Shown here one piece after another: positions 1 through 9,805 of a stretch of DNA of 64,000 nucleotides. Below the pieces are notes generated by a model. That model had not been told where the DNA came from. It saw only the letters and a program-made list of their open reading frames with translations, and made no database searches. The stretch is taken from the NCBI GenBank assembly GCA_963724825.1, contig CAVRWT010000020.1, positions 45,327-109,326 of the forward strand, in the 5' to 3' direction. The position numbers and the translations under genes are program-made. Within the stretch, counting starts at the first letter, position 1, and every line of letters starts with the position of its first letter. This stretch comes from an uncultured Acidobacteriota bacterium (GTDB lineage: Bacteria > Actinomycetota > Acidimicrobiia > Spongiisociales > ZC4RG35).

Positions 1-404
1 GCTTGTTGGTCCGTTCCAGAGCAGTGAGGAGGTCGACGGGTCCGTCGGGCGGGTTTTCGAGGTCGACCGGCCAGCTTTCCGGGACTTCACGGGCTTCGTC
101 GAAGTTGGTGGTGACCAGGTGCATCACCTCGTGCAAGGCCGATGCGAGCGCCACCTCGTCCGGGCGTGACCGGCGCATTGCGGGTGTAGGCGGCCTGGAA
201 GATCCGGGGGTCACACACCACCTCGTCGTCAGAAGCAGCCGCCTCCGACCCGAGCCGGACCCGAAGGTTGGGGTTCTTGGCGAGGGTCCTGGCAAACCTG
301 GTGACCGCGGGCGCGACCTTCTGATACCGGCTCACAACTGCCTCGATCGCCCGTTCTTCGGGGTCGATCAGGTCGGAAAGGAAGGTCTGGTCGCGTCCAC
401 GCAT
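1..404 (-). pseudogene. putative HExxH metallopeptidase-like protein, 5' part (runs off window), apparent 1-nt frameshift
   Basis: ORF 87..404 reads MRGRDQTFLSDLIDPEER...FQAAYTRNAPVTP and then degenerates. Shifting frame at the GGG run 162-164 (+ strand) gives PDEVALASALHEVMHLVTTNFDEAREVPESWPVDL..., with an HEVMH motif, continuing past position 1. Confidence 0.5.
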
Positions 405-458
405 AGCGGGTCATTGTCTCATGGGTGTCAAACCAGGCCCGACGGCGGGCTACGGCCT

Positions 459-1733
459 ATGGCTCAATACACTCCCGGCGTGCATTACGACCTGACCACA
501 CTTCCCAATGGCATCCGCGTCATCACCGAGCCGATGCCTTCGCTGCGATCGATCGCCCTCGGTTGCTGGATCGACACCGGGACCCGAGATGAGCTTCCGA
601 ACGAGCACGGGGCATCGCATTTCCTCGAGCACCTCCTCTTCAAGGGCTCGGAAACCCTCTCCGCCCGCCAGGTTTCCGAGATCTTCGACTCGATCGGGGC
701 CGAGTCGAACGCCTTCACCTCCAAGGAGAACACTTGTTACTGGACCCGCTTGCTCGACCAGGACCTTGGCACCGGGTTCGACGTCCTCTCCGAGATGATT
801 CAGAAGCCGGCCTTCCGCCAAAACGAGATCGATGCTGAGCGCCAGGTGGTGATCGAAGAGATCAACATGAACGAGGACGACCCCGACGATGTTGCCTTCG
901 AGAATTTCAGCATTGCCATGTTCTCCGGCCATCCCCTGGAGGCCCCGGTGCTGGGTACCAGGGATTCGATCCGGGGGATGTCCCGGGATGACATCAACGG
1001 CTACTGGAAGCGTCGCTACGGGGCAGGGTCGATGGTCGTCGCGGCAGCCGGCTCCCTGGACCACGAGGCAGTCGTCGAGATGGTTGCCTCGCGATTTGGT
1101 GATTGGTCGGGCGAATCAGTCGACCACGAGTTCGCCACGAACACGCCGGTGTCGAGTGTGTCGATCACCCGTCGCGACACCGAACAGGCTCACGTTGTCC
1201 TCGGGGGCATGGGTCTGACCCGATCCGATGACAGACGGTGGGCCTTCGAAGTGATGAATCACGTCGTCGGCTCAGGCATGTCCTCCCGTCTGTTTCGGGA
1301 GGTGCGTGAGGAGCGCGGCCTCGCCTATGCGGTGTACGGCTTCCGCCTGGCCTACGCCGACGCCGGCGCTTGGGGGGTCTACGTGGGGACCACCCCGAGC
1401 CAGACTGACACCGCCCTCAACGTGATCCGGGACGAGCTGTCAAAGGTCGTCGCCGACGGGATCACCGAAGAAGAGTTGGAGAGGGCTCGGGGGTCGATGC
1501 GTGGCGGGCTCGCCCTTTCTCTGGAGGACCCCAACAGCCGCATGGTCCGCCTCGGACGCGACGAGCTCTCAGGTATGCCGCATCTTTCGGTGGACGAGAG
1601 GCTCGCCAGGCTGGAGGCGGTCACTCTCGAGGACGTTCAGGCGATCGCGACCGATCTCTTCACGGGGGAGAGGGTCGTTGGTGCGGTCGGCCCGTTCGAG
1701 GAAACGGACCTCGAACCGTATCTCGTGGCTTAG
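459..1733 (+). CDS. M16 family zinc peptidase (PepR-like)
   Basis: ATG at 459 is in frame with ORF 3..1733. HFLEH (HxxEH) zinc motif near the N-terminus. About 424 aa, typical pitrilysin-family layout. Confidence 0.85.
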   Translation: MAQYTPGVHYDLTTLPNGIRVITEPMPSLRSIALGCWIDTGTRDELPNEHGASHFLEHLLFKGSETLSARQVSEIFDSIGAESNAFTSKENTCYWTRLLDQDLGTGFDVLSEMIQKPAFRQNEIDAERQVVIEEINMNEDDPDDVAFENFSIAMFSGHPLEAPVLGTRDSIRGMSRDDINGYWKRRYGAGSMVVAAAGSLDHEAVVEMVASRFGDWSGESVDHEFATNTPVSSVSITRRDTEQAHVVLGGMGLTRSDDRRWAFEVMNHVVGSGMSSRLFREVREERGLAYAVYGFRLAYADAGAWGVYVGTTPSQTDTALNVIRDELSKVVADGITEEELERARGSMRGGLALSLEDPNSRMVRLGRDELSGMPHLSVDERLARLEAVTLEDVQAIATDLFTGERVVGAVGPFEETDLEPYLVA

Positions 1734-2078
1734 CGGTCGATCTGAAACTCGAGAGACATCGGCTTCTCGCCGAAGTCGATCACGCCGGCCGACCCGTCTG
1801 CGGGTCGTTCCATCATCAGAGCGCCGCCCAATTCGGTGTCTCCGGTCTTGGTCGGCCAGCCCTGGACCACGTAGCTGGTGACGTTTCCCGACAATGAAGT
1901 CCACAGGACGTTCTGGTTGCCCTGGAGGATCTGGATGAGGTTCTCCGCCCCTTTGGTGGGGACGAGGTCGGCTCCGGGGCGGGACGCCTGGAACATCGCG
2001 GTAGTGCTCAGAGCGAGCGCAACTGACGAGACCGGCCAGGGCCAAAGAGGTGGTGCGGACGACGGGAGTGTTTGGCAT
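1730..2078 (-). CDS. small secreted hypothetical protein (start and body in different frames, possible frameshift)
   Basis: ATG at 2078 preceded by GAGGGG encodes MPNTPVVRTTSLALAGLVS (signal-peptide-like). The body VALALSTTAMFQASRPGADL...EFQIDR is in the +1 frame (ORF 1730..2089). Confidence 0.35.
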
Positions 2079-2110
2079 CGACCCCTCACGGTAGGTGCCA
2101 GGGGGTGTTT

Positions 2111-2485
2111 CTAAACGGTCAATTCGACGAACTGCGAAAGGACTAGTCCGAAGACGACGAAGCAGAGCAAGACGACCAGGGCCGGGCCCAGGGGGCGCCG
2201 GTCATGATTTCCCGACCACCGGGCCACTCCAAAACCAAGCAGCACCCACAGGGTGACGTCGAGCGGCCAGGCCACCACGACGGTGTCGGTGAAGAACCCG
2301 ATCACCGCCGACACCGGCCCACCGGCATAGAGAAGAGCAAGCCCCGCGGTCTCACAGGCCCCTGAGCATGCGTCCCGGTTGATCAGGGTGAGACCGATGG
2401 CGAACATCACGATCCCGAATCCCAATAGGAAGACAGTGGCTATCGCGGTGTCACGGCACCCGGGGGCTTCATCTGTGGAAGGCAT
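2111..2485 (-). CDS. hypothetical integral membrane protein
   Basis: 124-aa ORF with about 4 hydrophobic helices; no recognisable family. Confidence 0.55.
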   Translation of the reverse strand: MPSTDEAPGCRDTAIATVFLLGFGIVMFAIGLTLINRDACSGACETAGLALLYAGGPVSAVIGFFTDTVVVAWPLDVTLWVLLGFGVARWSGNHDRRPLGPALVVLLCFVVFGLVLSQFVELTV

Positions 2486-2561
2486 GGGGGCGGCGATGGT
2501 ATGCCGACGTCAGGGGTTGCCAATTCGATAACTTGGCGCATCGCAACGACGGAGGGTTGGT

Positions 2562-3017
2562 TTGGAGCTGCGTGACTTCCTTTTGGTGCTTCACATCGCC
2601 GGAGCCGGCACCTGGCTGGGAGCCAACATCGTGCAGGCTGTGGTGCCCCCGATGGCGATCAAGCAGGGAACGAGTGCCGCGTCGGGCTGGTATCGGATCG
2701 CGGGACGGCTGTCGACCACCCTCTACATGCCTGCCGCCATTCTCATCCTGGTGACGGGGATCGTGATGGTGATGCAAAGCGACGTTTACAGCTTTGGGAG
2801 CCTGTTCGTCACGATCGGTTTCATCACGATCGTGATCGGGGCCCTGTTCGGGAAGTTCGTCTTCGATCCGGTGTCCAAGCGGGCAGCCGATGCGATCGAT
2901 GCCGGGGACGAGCCGGGGGTCAAGGCGGCTACCGGGCGTCTCGCCACCTTCGGGGTCATCGACACCCTTTTGGTCCTGGTGACCATCACCGTGATGGTCC
3001 TCAGGCTCACCCTCTGA
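2562..3017 (+). CDS. hypothetical integral membrane protein
   Basis: 151-aa ORF (TTG start) with 4 predicted TM helices. Confidence 0.55.
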   Translation: MELRDFLLVLHIAGAGTWLGANIVQAVVPPMAIKQGTSAASGWYRIAGRLSTTLYMPAAILILVTGIVMVMQSDVYSFGSLFVTIGFITIVIGALFGKFVFDPVSKRAADAIDAGDEPGVKAATGRLATFGVIDTLLVLVTITVMVLRLTL

Positions 3018-3020
3018 TCG

Positions 3021-4652
3021 TCATTCGGCCTGACCGGTCCTGACGTCAGGCGCCCCCATACGGGCGGCATCCGCGGTTTGATCGTCGGGCTGGCGCTGTG
3101 AGTCGAGCTCGGCCTGGACTCGTGCCAGGTAGTGCTCGATTTCTCGGTCGGTGCTCGCCCGGTCCCAGCCGAGAAGCCCGCCCATGATCTCCGCGGCGAG
3201 CGGTGCTGCGACGGCACCTCGGTCCCGGGTCTCGATCGAGATCCGGGTGCGCCGGGTGAGGACGTCATCGAGGTGCAACGCTCCTTCATTGGTGACGGCG
3301 TGGGCAATTTCCGCTCGCAGGTACGGAGCCCCGTCGATGAGGGGGCGGCCCAGATCGGGATCGGCGTCGATCGCCTCCAGGACATCGACCGTCGACGAGC
3401 CGTGGCGCCGGAGCAGGTGCTCTGCGACTTCCACATCCACGCCCAGCGAGGCACGCCGATCCCAGAGCTCCTGATACCCCTCCGCCCCGACCAATGGGAC
3501 GGTCTCGGTCCGGGACGGGGGGAGGGCGCCGGCAGCGGCGTCGACCGCGTCCCTCGCCATCACCCGGTAGGTGGTGTATTTGCCCCCGGCGACCGTTATC
3601 AATCCGGTGTCGGACACGATCACGGCGTGCTCGCGGCTCAGCTTGCTGGTCTCGTCCGACTCCCCAACCAACAGCGGCCTGAGCCCGGCGTACACCCCAA
3701 CCACGTCCTCGGGCCCGATTGGCGTGGCGAGGGCGGTGTTCACCCAGTGCAGCAGATATTGGATGTCGTCGAGGCAGGCGGCGGGATGGGCCCGGCGCAG
3801 CGACCACGGCGTGTCCGTGGTCCCGATCAGCCAGTGCCTGCCCCAGGGAATGACGAACAGGACGCTGACCTCAGTGCGCAGGATCATCCCGGTGCTGGAG
3901 TTGATCCGATCGCGGGGAACGACCAGGTGGACCCCTTTGGAGGCGCGCACGTCCTGGCCGCGGTCTCCCGCCATCGCCTGGATGTCATCGCTCCAGACTC
4001 CTCCGGCGGCGATCACCTTCCTGGCGTGGATTTCGAAGTCAGTGCCGGATTCGAGGTCGCGTGCCTGGATTCCGGCTACCGAGCCGTTTTCGATCAGCAG
4101 CCCGGTGGCGCGGGTACTCGGGGCGAGGGCGGCCCCATATGACTTGGCGGTGCGGGCCAGGGTCATCGTGTGGCGGGCGTCGTCGACCATCACGTCCCAA
4201 TAGAGCACTCCGCCCTTGAGCGAGGATTCGGCCAGGGCGGGCGCCATTTCCAGGGCGCTCCGTTGACTCAGGTGCCGGTGCTGGGGAAGCGGGTTGTTGG
4301 CCCGCGCCGCCAGCCGGTCGTAGAGGAAGACACCCGCACCGACGTAGAGCCGCTCCCAGAACAAATGCTGCAACGGATAGAGGAAGGAGACCGGGGTGCA
4401 GAGGTGGGGGCAAAGCCGGTTCAACATCAGGTTGCGCTCCGACAGCGCCTCCTTGACCAGGGTGAAGTTGCGATGCTCCAAATAGCGGAGACCACCGTGG
4501 AACAGCTTGCTCGAGCGACTCGAGGTCCCCGAGGCGTAGTCCCGCTGTTCGATCAATGCCACCGACATCCCGCGGGTGGCGGCGTCCAGAGCGATCCCAC
4601 TGCCGGTCACCCCGCCACCGATCACTGCGACGTCGAAAGTCTCAGACCTCAT
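3021..4652 (-). CDS. glpD: FAD-dependent glycerol-3-phosphate dehydrogenase
   Basis: N-terminal DVAVIGGGVTGSGIALDAATRG dinucleotide fold followed by SSRSSKLFHGGLRYLE. ATG at 4652 (M47 of the long ORF). About 543 aa. Confidence 0.9.
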   Translation of the reverse strand: MRSETFDVAVIGGGVTGSGIALDAATRGMSVALIEQRDYASGTSSRSSKLFHGGLRYLEHRNFTLVKEALSERNLMLNRLCPHLCTPVSFLYPLQHLFWERLYVGAGVFLYDRLAARANNPLPQHRHLSQRSALEMAPALAESSLKGGVLYWDVMVDDARHTMTLARTAKSYGAALAPSTRATGLLIENGSVAGIQARDLESGTDFEIHARKVIAAGGVWSDDIQAMAGDRGQDVRASKGVHLVVPRDRINSSTGMILRTEVSVLFVIPWGRHWLIGTTDTPWSLRRAHPAACLDDIQYLLHWVNTALATPIGPEDVVGVYAGLRPLLVGESDETSKLSREHAVIVSDTGLITVAGGKYTTYRVMARDAVDAAAGALPPSRTETVPLVGAEGYQELWDRRASLGVDVEVAEHLLRRHGSSTVDVLEAIDADPDLGRPLIDGAPYLRAEIAHAVTNEGALHLDDVLTRRTRISIETRDRGAVAAPLAAEIMGGLLGWDRASTDREIEHYLARVQAELDSQRQPDDQTADAARMGAPDVRTGQAE

Positions 4653-4773
4653 TCGGCCCAGATCGAGCGACCGTTGGCGCCAGTTGAGTTGGGAGGAGGG
4701 CCTCGGTTGGGTCACGACCAACCCAGGTTTAGCCCGCTGACATCGGTAGCGGAGCGCACCGTACGATGCCCCC

Positions 4774-5679
4774 ATGCCAGAGACACTCAAAGTTGGGGTC
4801 CAACTCCCTGAAGTCGAGCGGGAGGCGGGATGGATCGAGATCCGGGACGTGGCTCGAACCGCCGAGGCCGTGGGCTTCGACTCGGTCTGGTTCGGCGACC
4901 ATCTCCTCTACCGGGACGACACCTTCGGGGTGCGGGGGCCGTTGGAGACGTGGGCCATACTGGCGGCCCTGGGCGAGGCCACGGAGAGGGTGAGCCTTGG
5001 CCCGCTGGTCGCCTGTACCTCGTTTCACGCCCCGGCGATGCTGGCCAAGAAGGCGGCCACGGTGGACGAGATCTCCGGCGGGCGGTTGATCCTTGGCCTC
5101 GGGGCGGGGTGGAACCAAACCGAGTACGACGGCTTTGGCTTTCCCTTCGATCACCGCATCGACCGGTTCGAAGAGGCTTTCACCATCATTCGCACCCTGC
5201 TCGGCGAGGGGCACATCGATTTCGAGGGGACCTACTACACGGTTCGCGGCGCCGAACTCGCACCCAAGGCGAGACCGGGGATCCCGTTGCTGGTCGGGTC
5301 CAACGGGCCCCGGATGCTGGCGATCACCCTGCCCTACGTGTCGATGTGGAACTCGTGGCATGCCTCGTTTGGCAATGAGTTGAGCGGGCTGGCGCCTCTG
5401 CTGGAACAGATCGACCATGCGGCTGCGGGCGCCGGGCGTGATCCCGGGGAGGTCGAGAAGACCGTCAGCGTCTATATCCAGCTTCCGGGCGGCACCGGGC
5501 GGATAACCGGACGCGGGGTCCTCCAAGACGACATCGCTCACACCGGAAGCCGGGAGGATCTGGCCCAGCTGTTGAGGGGTTACGCCGCTCTCGGGATCGG
5601 CCATGTCCAGCTGGTGCTCGACCCGATCGACTCGGCCAGCGTCGAGGAAATGGGCGAGGTGCTCCGCCTGATCGATTGA
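4774..5679 (+). CDS. LLM-class (luciferase-like) F420-dependent oxidoreductase
   Basis: Motifs AEAVGFDSVWFGDHL and GRLILGLGAGWNQTEY are typical of the luciferase-like monooxygenase family. Confidence 0.85.
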   Translation: MPETLKVGVQLPEVEREAGWIEIRDVARTAEAVGFDSVWFGDHLLYRDDTFGVRGPLETWAILAALGEATERVSLGPLVACTSFHAPAMLAKKAATVDEISGGRLILGLGAGWNQTEYDGFGFPFDHRIDRFEEAFTIIRTLLGEGHIDFEGTYYTVRGAELAPKARPGIPLLVGSNGPRMLAITLPYVSMWNSWHASFGNELSGLAPLLEQIDHAAAGAGRDPGEVEKTVSVYIQLPGGTGRITGRGVLQDDIAHTGSREDLAQLLRGYAALGIGHVQLVLDPIDSASVEEMGEVLRLID

Positions 5680-5702
5680 TTAGTGTCGAGCGCGGAGGTG
5701 CC

Positions 5703-6332
5703 ATGAAGCTGACAACGGCCAGTTTTCGCAACGGTGGCCCGATTCCCGATCGGTATGCACTCGCGACTCCCCATCCCGACACCCACGTCACTTTCTCCGA
5801 GAACGTCAATCCCGAGTTGAGCTGGGACGAGGTACCGGAGGGGACGAGATCCTTCGCCCTCATCTGCCACGACCCTGATTGCCCTTCCCGCGGCGACGAC
5901 GTCAATCAGGAAGGGCGGGAGGTTCCGGCGGATCTACCCAGGGTCGACTTCTTCCATTGGGTAACCGTGGAGCTGCCCCCGGAGCTGCGCTCGATTGGCG
6001 AGGGTCAGTTCTGTGTCGGAGTCATGCCCCACGGCAAGAACGTCGCCTTCGGCCCGGGCGGGTGCAGGCAGGGTCTCAACGACTACACGGGCTGGTTCGC
6101 TGGTGATCCCGAAATGAAGGGGGACTACCTCGGATACGACGGGCCGGCTCCGCCCTGGAACGACTCGATCCCGCACCACTACGTATTCACCCTGTATGCC
6201 CTCGACATCGATGAGGTGGCGGTGACTGGTGAGTTCACCGGTCAAGAAGTCCGTGATGCGATCGCCGGTCACGTTCTTGCCGAGGCCTCCGTCACCGGGA
6301 CCTACACCCAGAACCCGCGCCTCCGCGGCTAG
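5703..6332 (+). CDS. YbhB/YbcL (PEBP/Raf-kinase-inhibitor-like) family protein
   Basis: NPELSW, DPD.P, FHW and HHYVFTLYALD motifs of bacterial PEBP proteins. ATG at 5703. Confidence 0.8.
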   Translation: MKLTTASFRNGGPIPDRYALATPHPDTHVTFSENVNPELSWDEVPEGTRSFALICHDPDCPSRGDDVNQEGREVPADLPRVDFFHWVTVELPPELRSIGEGQFCVGVMPHGKNVAFGPGGCRQGLNDYTGWFAGDPEMKGDYLGYDGPAPPWNDSIPHHYVFTLYALDIDEVAVTGEFTGQEVRDAIAGHVLAEASVTGTYTQNPRLRG

Positions 6333-7168
6333 CCGTGGCTGGCCAAGGCGGGTGCTCTCCGGGTGAGCGATCTGATCGTCAGAACGATGAAGAAGAGCAC
6401 GATCGGAACCACGGAGATCGTGGCCGAGCCCGAGGTGTCGGCGTAGTAGCTGACGATCAGGCCTAGCGCCACCGACAGGATGCCGATGGCCGCAGCGGTC
6501 ATCATCATCGCCGGCACCCTCTTGACGAGGAGAGCTGCCGTCGCCGCGGGCCCGACCAGAAGCCCGAACACCAAGAGAGTCCCCACGGTCTGAAACGACC
6601 CGACGATCGACAGCGTCGTCAGCCCGAGCAGTGCCAGATGCGCCAGCCGCGGGTTGAGGCCGAGCAGCTTCGCCTTGTGCTCGTTGAAGGACAGGACCAG
6701 GAAGTTTCGGTAGAGCAAGGTCGAGACCAACAGCACGACCCCGGCCACGACGCCGAGGACGATCAAGTCGTCACCTGTGACTCCAAGGGCGTCCCCAAAC
6801 AGGATCCCGGTCAGACTGCCGGTGTACGAGTCGCTGCGCGAGATGAGGATCACGCCGAGCCCGAGCATCCCCACGAAGAGGAGGCCGATGCCGGTGTCCT
6901 CGGAGAAGCTGGTCTGGCGATGCACCAGGTTGATGCCGGCGATCATCACCGTCGCCGCAACGGCCGCTCCCAAGAGGACGTTGAAGTCGAGCAGGATGGC
7001 GAGGGCGATTCCAGGGATCACACCATGAACCAGGGCATCGCCGAGGAAGGTCATCCCTCGGATCACCACCCAAGTCCCGACCACGGCCAGGGCGAGGGCA
7101 GCAAGCGAGCCCCCGATCAGTGCTCGCTGCTGGAAGGCGAGCGCGAAGGGCTCGGTCAGCCAGTCCAT
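6329..7168 (-). CDS. metal (Zn/Mn) ABC transporter permease
   Basis: ZnuB/TroD-like multi-TM protein (LGDALVHGVIPGIA). Adjacent to a cluster-9 binding protein and a Fur-family regulator. Confidence 0.85.
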   Translation of the reverse strand: MDWLTEPFALAFQQRALIGGSLAALALAVVGTWVVIRGMTFLGDALVHGVIPGIALAILLDFNVLLGAAVAATVMIAGINLVHRQTSFSEDTGIGLLFVGMLGLGVILISRSDSYTGSLTGILFGDALGVTGDDLIVLGVVAGVVLLVSTLLYRNFLVLSFNEHKAKLLGLNPRLAHLALLGLTTLSIVGSFQTVGTLLVFGLLVGPAATAALLVKRVPAMMMTAAAIGILSVALGLIVSYYADTSGSATISVVPIVLFFIVLTIRSLTRRAPALASHG

Positions 7169-7196
7169 GGCCAGGCGCAAGGTAGTGGGATGTGGG

Positions 7197-8105
7197 TCAA
7201 CTCAGGGCCTCCGCGATCCGCTCTGCGTCGAGGCGGAGCATGTCGATCAGGGTTTCTGCGCCGGAGCCGGGTGGGCCGAGGGAGTCGGTGTAGAGCTCGA
7301 CCACCTCAACGTCGGTTCCCATCTCAGCGGCAATCGCGTCGGCGAGCACCGTTGGCGAGATGGTCTCAGCGAAGATCACCCGGACATCTTGATCCTCCAT
7401 CACCTGAACCAGATTCGCCAGTTCTGCCGAGCTCGGCTCGGCGAGAGTGGAGCCACCGGGAATGACTACCCCGACGATCTCGAACCCGTATCGATCGGCG
7501 AAGTAGCCGAGGGAGTCATGATTCGTCACCAGCTTGCGATCGTCATCGGGTATCCCGTCGAGCATGCCTTCGATCTCACTGGCCAGATCCCGCAGTTCGT
7601 TGGCGTAGTCAGACGCCCGACCCGACCAATCGACGTCAGGTTCGAGATCGGTCAGGGCGTCGGCGATCACCTCGGCGCCGGTGGCGGCACGAATCGGGTC
7701 GTTCCAGAAGTGAGGATCGTCTCTGAGCTGATCGGGTCCACCTTCGGCGAATGGGATCGGATCGATCAGCGGTCCCACCTCGAGGACATCGACGCCGTCG
7801 GCCTTGGCACCATCGAGGACGTCGCTGAGCCCCTCCTCGAGGCCAAGCCCGTTGGCGATCACGAGGTCGGCGTTGTTGATCAGGGCAACCTGCTGCGACG
7901 AGGGCTGGAAGTCATGGGGATCGGCGCCCGGTGGCATCAAGGTCTCCACGTTGGCTTGCTCACCGACGATCGCCGAAGCCATGTCTCCGAGGATGGTCGT
8001 GGTCGCCACTACCAGGGGAGCTTGGGAATCGGGGTCGGCGGCGGGTGTGCACCCGACCGCGATCAGGCAAAGCAGGACCAGGAAGGCTCGTAGCGGCAGC
8101 TTCAT
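7197..8105 (-). CDS. metal ABC transporter substrate-binding lipoprotein (TroA/ZnuA family)
   Basis: MKLPLRAFLVLLCLIAVGC lipobox, and a GADPHDFQPS metal-site motif. ATG at 8105. Confidence 0.85.
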   Translation of the reverse strand: MKLPLRAFLVLLCLIAVGCTPAADPDSQAPLVVATTTILGDMASAIVGEQANVETLMPPGADPHDFQPSSQQVALINNADLVIANGLGLEEGLSDVLDGAKADGVDVLEVGPLIDPIPFAEGGPDQLRDDPHFWNDPIRAATGAEVIADALTDLEPDVDWSGRASDYANELRDLASEIEGMLDGIPDDDRKLVTNHDSLGYFADRYGFEIVGVVIPGGSTLAEPSSAELANLVQVMEDQDVRVIFAETISPTVLADAIAAEMGTDVEVVELYTDSLGPPGSGAETLIDMLRLDAERIAEALS

Positions 8106-8127
8106 GACCCGGTCTCCTAACCGAAAC

Positions 8128-8142
8128 TGAGAATCATTATCA
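8128..8142. promoter_or_regulatory. Fur-family (Zur-type) operator palindrome
   Basis: TGAGAATCATTATCA is an AT-rich 7-1-7 inverted repeat in the 70-nt divergent spacer between the binding-protein gene and the Fur-family regulator gene. Confidence 0.55.
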
Positions 8143-8175
8143 AGATAACAGAGGTTATGATTGGGTTCCAATCCG

Positions 8176-8613
8176 ATGACCAGCACCATCGACCACGACA
8201 TCGAGGCCCGTCTCGGGGCAGCCGGCGTCCGTTACACACGGGCTCGCCGTGCGGTCGTCGATGCCCTGGCGCGAGCCGATGGGCCGAGATCGGCTTCCGA
8301 GCTTCACGACGACATGGATCGCGACGTGCCGTTGTCTTCGCTGTATCGGAGCCTCAGCGTTCTCGACGAGGCAGGGGTCCTCGAGCCCCACAACAGCCTC
8401 AAAGGCCTGACCCGCTATGAGCTCGCCGAGTGGCTGTCCGGGCACCACCATCACCTCGTCTGCATGAGCTGTGGAACTGTCGAGGACATCGAGTTGTCGA
8501 AGGAGATCGAGTCCCGTCTCGAACAGTTGGTCGGGACCGTGACCAATGAGCTCTCCTTCTCTGCCAGCGGGCACACCCTCGAAGTCCATGGGCGCTGTTC
8601 GCGGTGCGCGTGA
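8176..8613 (+). CDS. zur: Fur family transcriptional regulator, probably zinc uptake regulator
   Basis: Winged-helix N-terminus, HHHHLVCMSCG and C-terminal CSRC metal sites. Divergent to the metal importer. The Zur assignment rests on context. Confidence 0.75.
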   Translation: MTSTIDHDIEARLGAAGVRYTRARRAVVDALARADGPRSASELHDDMDRDVPLSSLYRSLSVLDEAGVLEPHNSLKGLTRYELAEWLSGHHHHLVCMSCGTVEDIELSKEIESRLEQLVGTVTNELSFSASGHTLEVHGRCSRCA

Positions 8614-9401
8614 AGCCAGCTGTCACTGCCACCGATCTGGTCCTCGCCTACGGGCCGAAGATCGCCCTCGACAATTCGGACTTTCAGATCCCGACAGGTG
8701 GGATCACCGCGCTCATCGGCCCCAACGGCTCGGGGAAGTCGACGCTGTTGAACGCGATAGCTGGGCTGATCGAGCCGGTCTCGGGCTCAATCGAGGTGTT
8801 GGACGGCCGGGACCGCGCCCGTTCGATTGCGTATGTCCTGCAGACCACCAAGGTCAACGATGTGTTGCCCATAACGGTTCGCGAGGTCGTCACCATGGGC
8901 CGCTACTCGACGGCGAGTGGGAGGCGCCGGCTTCGGCGTGAAGACATGTCGGCGGTGGATGAGGCCATGGGTCGGATGGGAATCATCGACTTGGAGGACA
9001 AGCACCTGGGCGATCTGTCTGGAGGCCAGCGACAGCGGGTGTTCGTGGCCCAGGGGTTGGCGCAAGAGCACGACATGTTGCTCCTCGACGAGCCCCTCAC
9101 CGGGCTCGATCTCACCTCGGCCCAGGCGATCGATGACGTCATTCACGACGAGACCAAGCGTGGTTGCACGATCATCATGACCACCCACGACCTGGCAGAA
9201 GCCCAGGTTGCCAACCACGTGCTCTTGCTGTCGGGCAGGGTGACGGCTTGGGGTGCCCCTGATGATGTGCTGAGCGTGGAGAACCTAACCGCGGCCTACG
9301 GTCCGAACCTGCTTCACGTCGAAGACACGAAGATGTTCATCGACGACCCGGCACACCGGCCGGTGCCCGGCCGGCACGTGCATCGGGATCGAACGGGCTA
9401 G
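8604..9401 (+). CDS. metal ABC transporter ATP-binding protein
   Basis: Walker [10 protein letters not shown], signature LSGGQRQR, Walker B LLLDEP. GTG start overlaps the regulator's stop. Confidence 0.85.
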   Translation: MRVKPAVTATDLVLAYGPKIALDNSDFQIPTGGITALIGPNGSGKSTLLNAIAGLIEPVSGSIEVLDGRDRARSIAYVLQTTKVNDVLPITVREVVTMGRYSTASGRRRLRREDMSAVDEAMGRMGIIDLEDKHLGDLSGGQRQRVFVAQGLAQEHDMLLLDEPLTGLDLTSAQAIDDVIHDETKRGCTIIMTTHDLAEAQVANHVLLLSGRVTAWGAPDDVLSVENLTAAYGPNLLHVEDTKMFIDDPAHRPVPGRHVHRDRTG

Positions 9402-9658
9402 TTCCGACGGGGGCGCTCTTCGCGGGGGCGGGCTTCGTTCACTTTCAGAGCGCGGCCGTTGTAGTCCTGCCCGTCGAGCTCTGAGATGGCTTTGGCGCCT
9501 TCGTCGTTGGGCATTTCCACGAACCCGAAGCCACGTGAGCGGCCGGTTTCCCGGTCGTTGATGATGGCTGCAGACTCAACGGTCCCATACTCACCGAAGA
9601 GGTTCTCGAGGTCCTGTGCCGTTGCGTTGAACGGCAGGTTTCCCACGTAGATGTTCAT
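9398..9658 (-). CDS. RNA-binding protein with a single RRM domain
   Basis: RNP2 IYVGNL and RNP1 RGFGFVEM motifs, with an Arg-rich tail. 86 aa. Confidence 0.85.
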   Translation of the reverse strand: MNIYVGNLPFNATAQDLENLFGEYGTVESAAIINDRETGRSRGFGFVEMPNDEGAKAISELDGQDYNGRALKVNEARPREERPRRN

Positions 9659-9805
9659 TGTGACTGGTCCTTGTCTCTGTGGCCCTTGTGGGCTTTACGT
9701 CGCAATGTCCGGTACGACCCTTGTCCTCAGCCCAGTCATTCGAACGGGGAAGTCAGAACGAGTCGCCGCCGAGGCAGCAACAGCGCCGGGAGGATAACAG
9801 AGCAA

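Noticed and set aside
9659-9805. Structured 5' leader of the RRM gene
   Set aside because: I found only short, weak stems by eye, which is insufficient evidence to annotate a feature. It is mentioned only as something to test.
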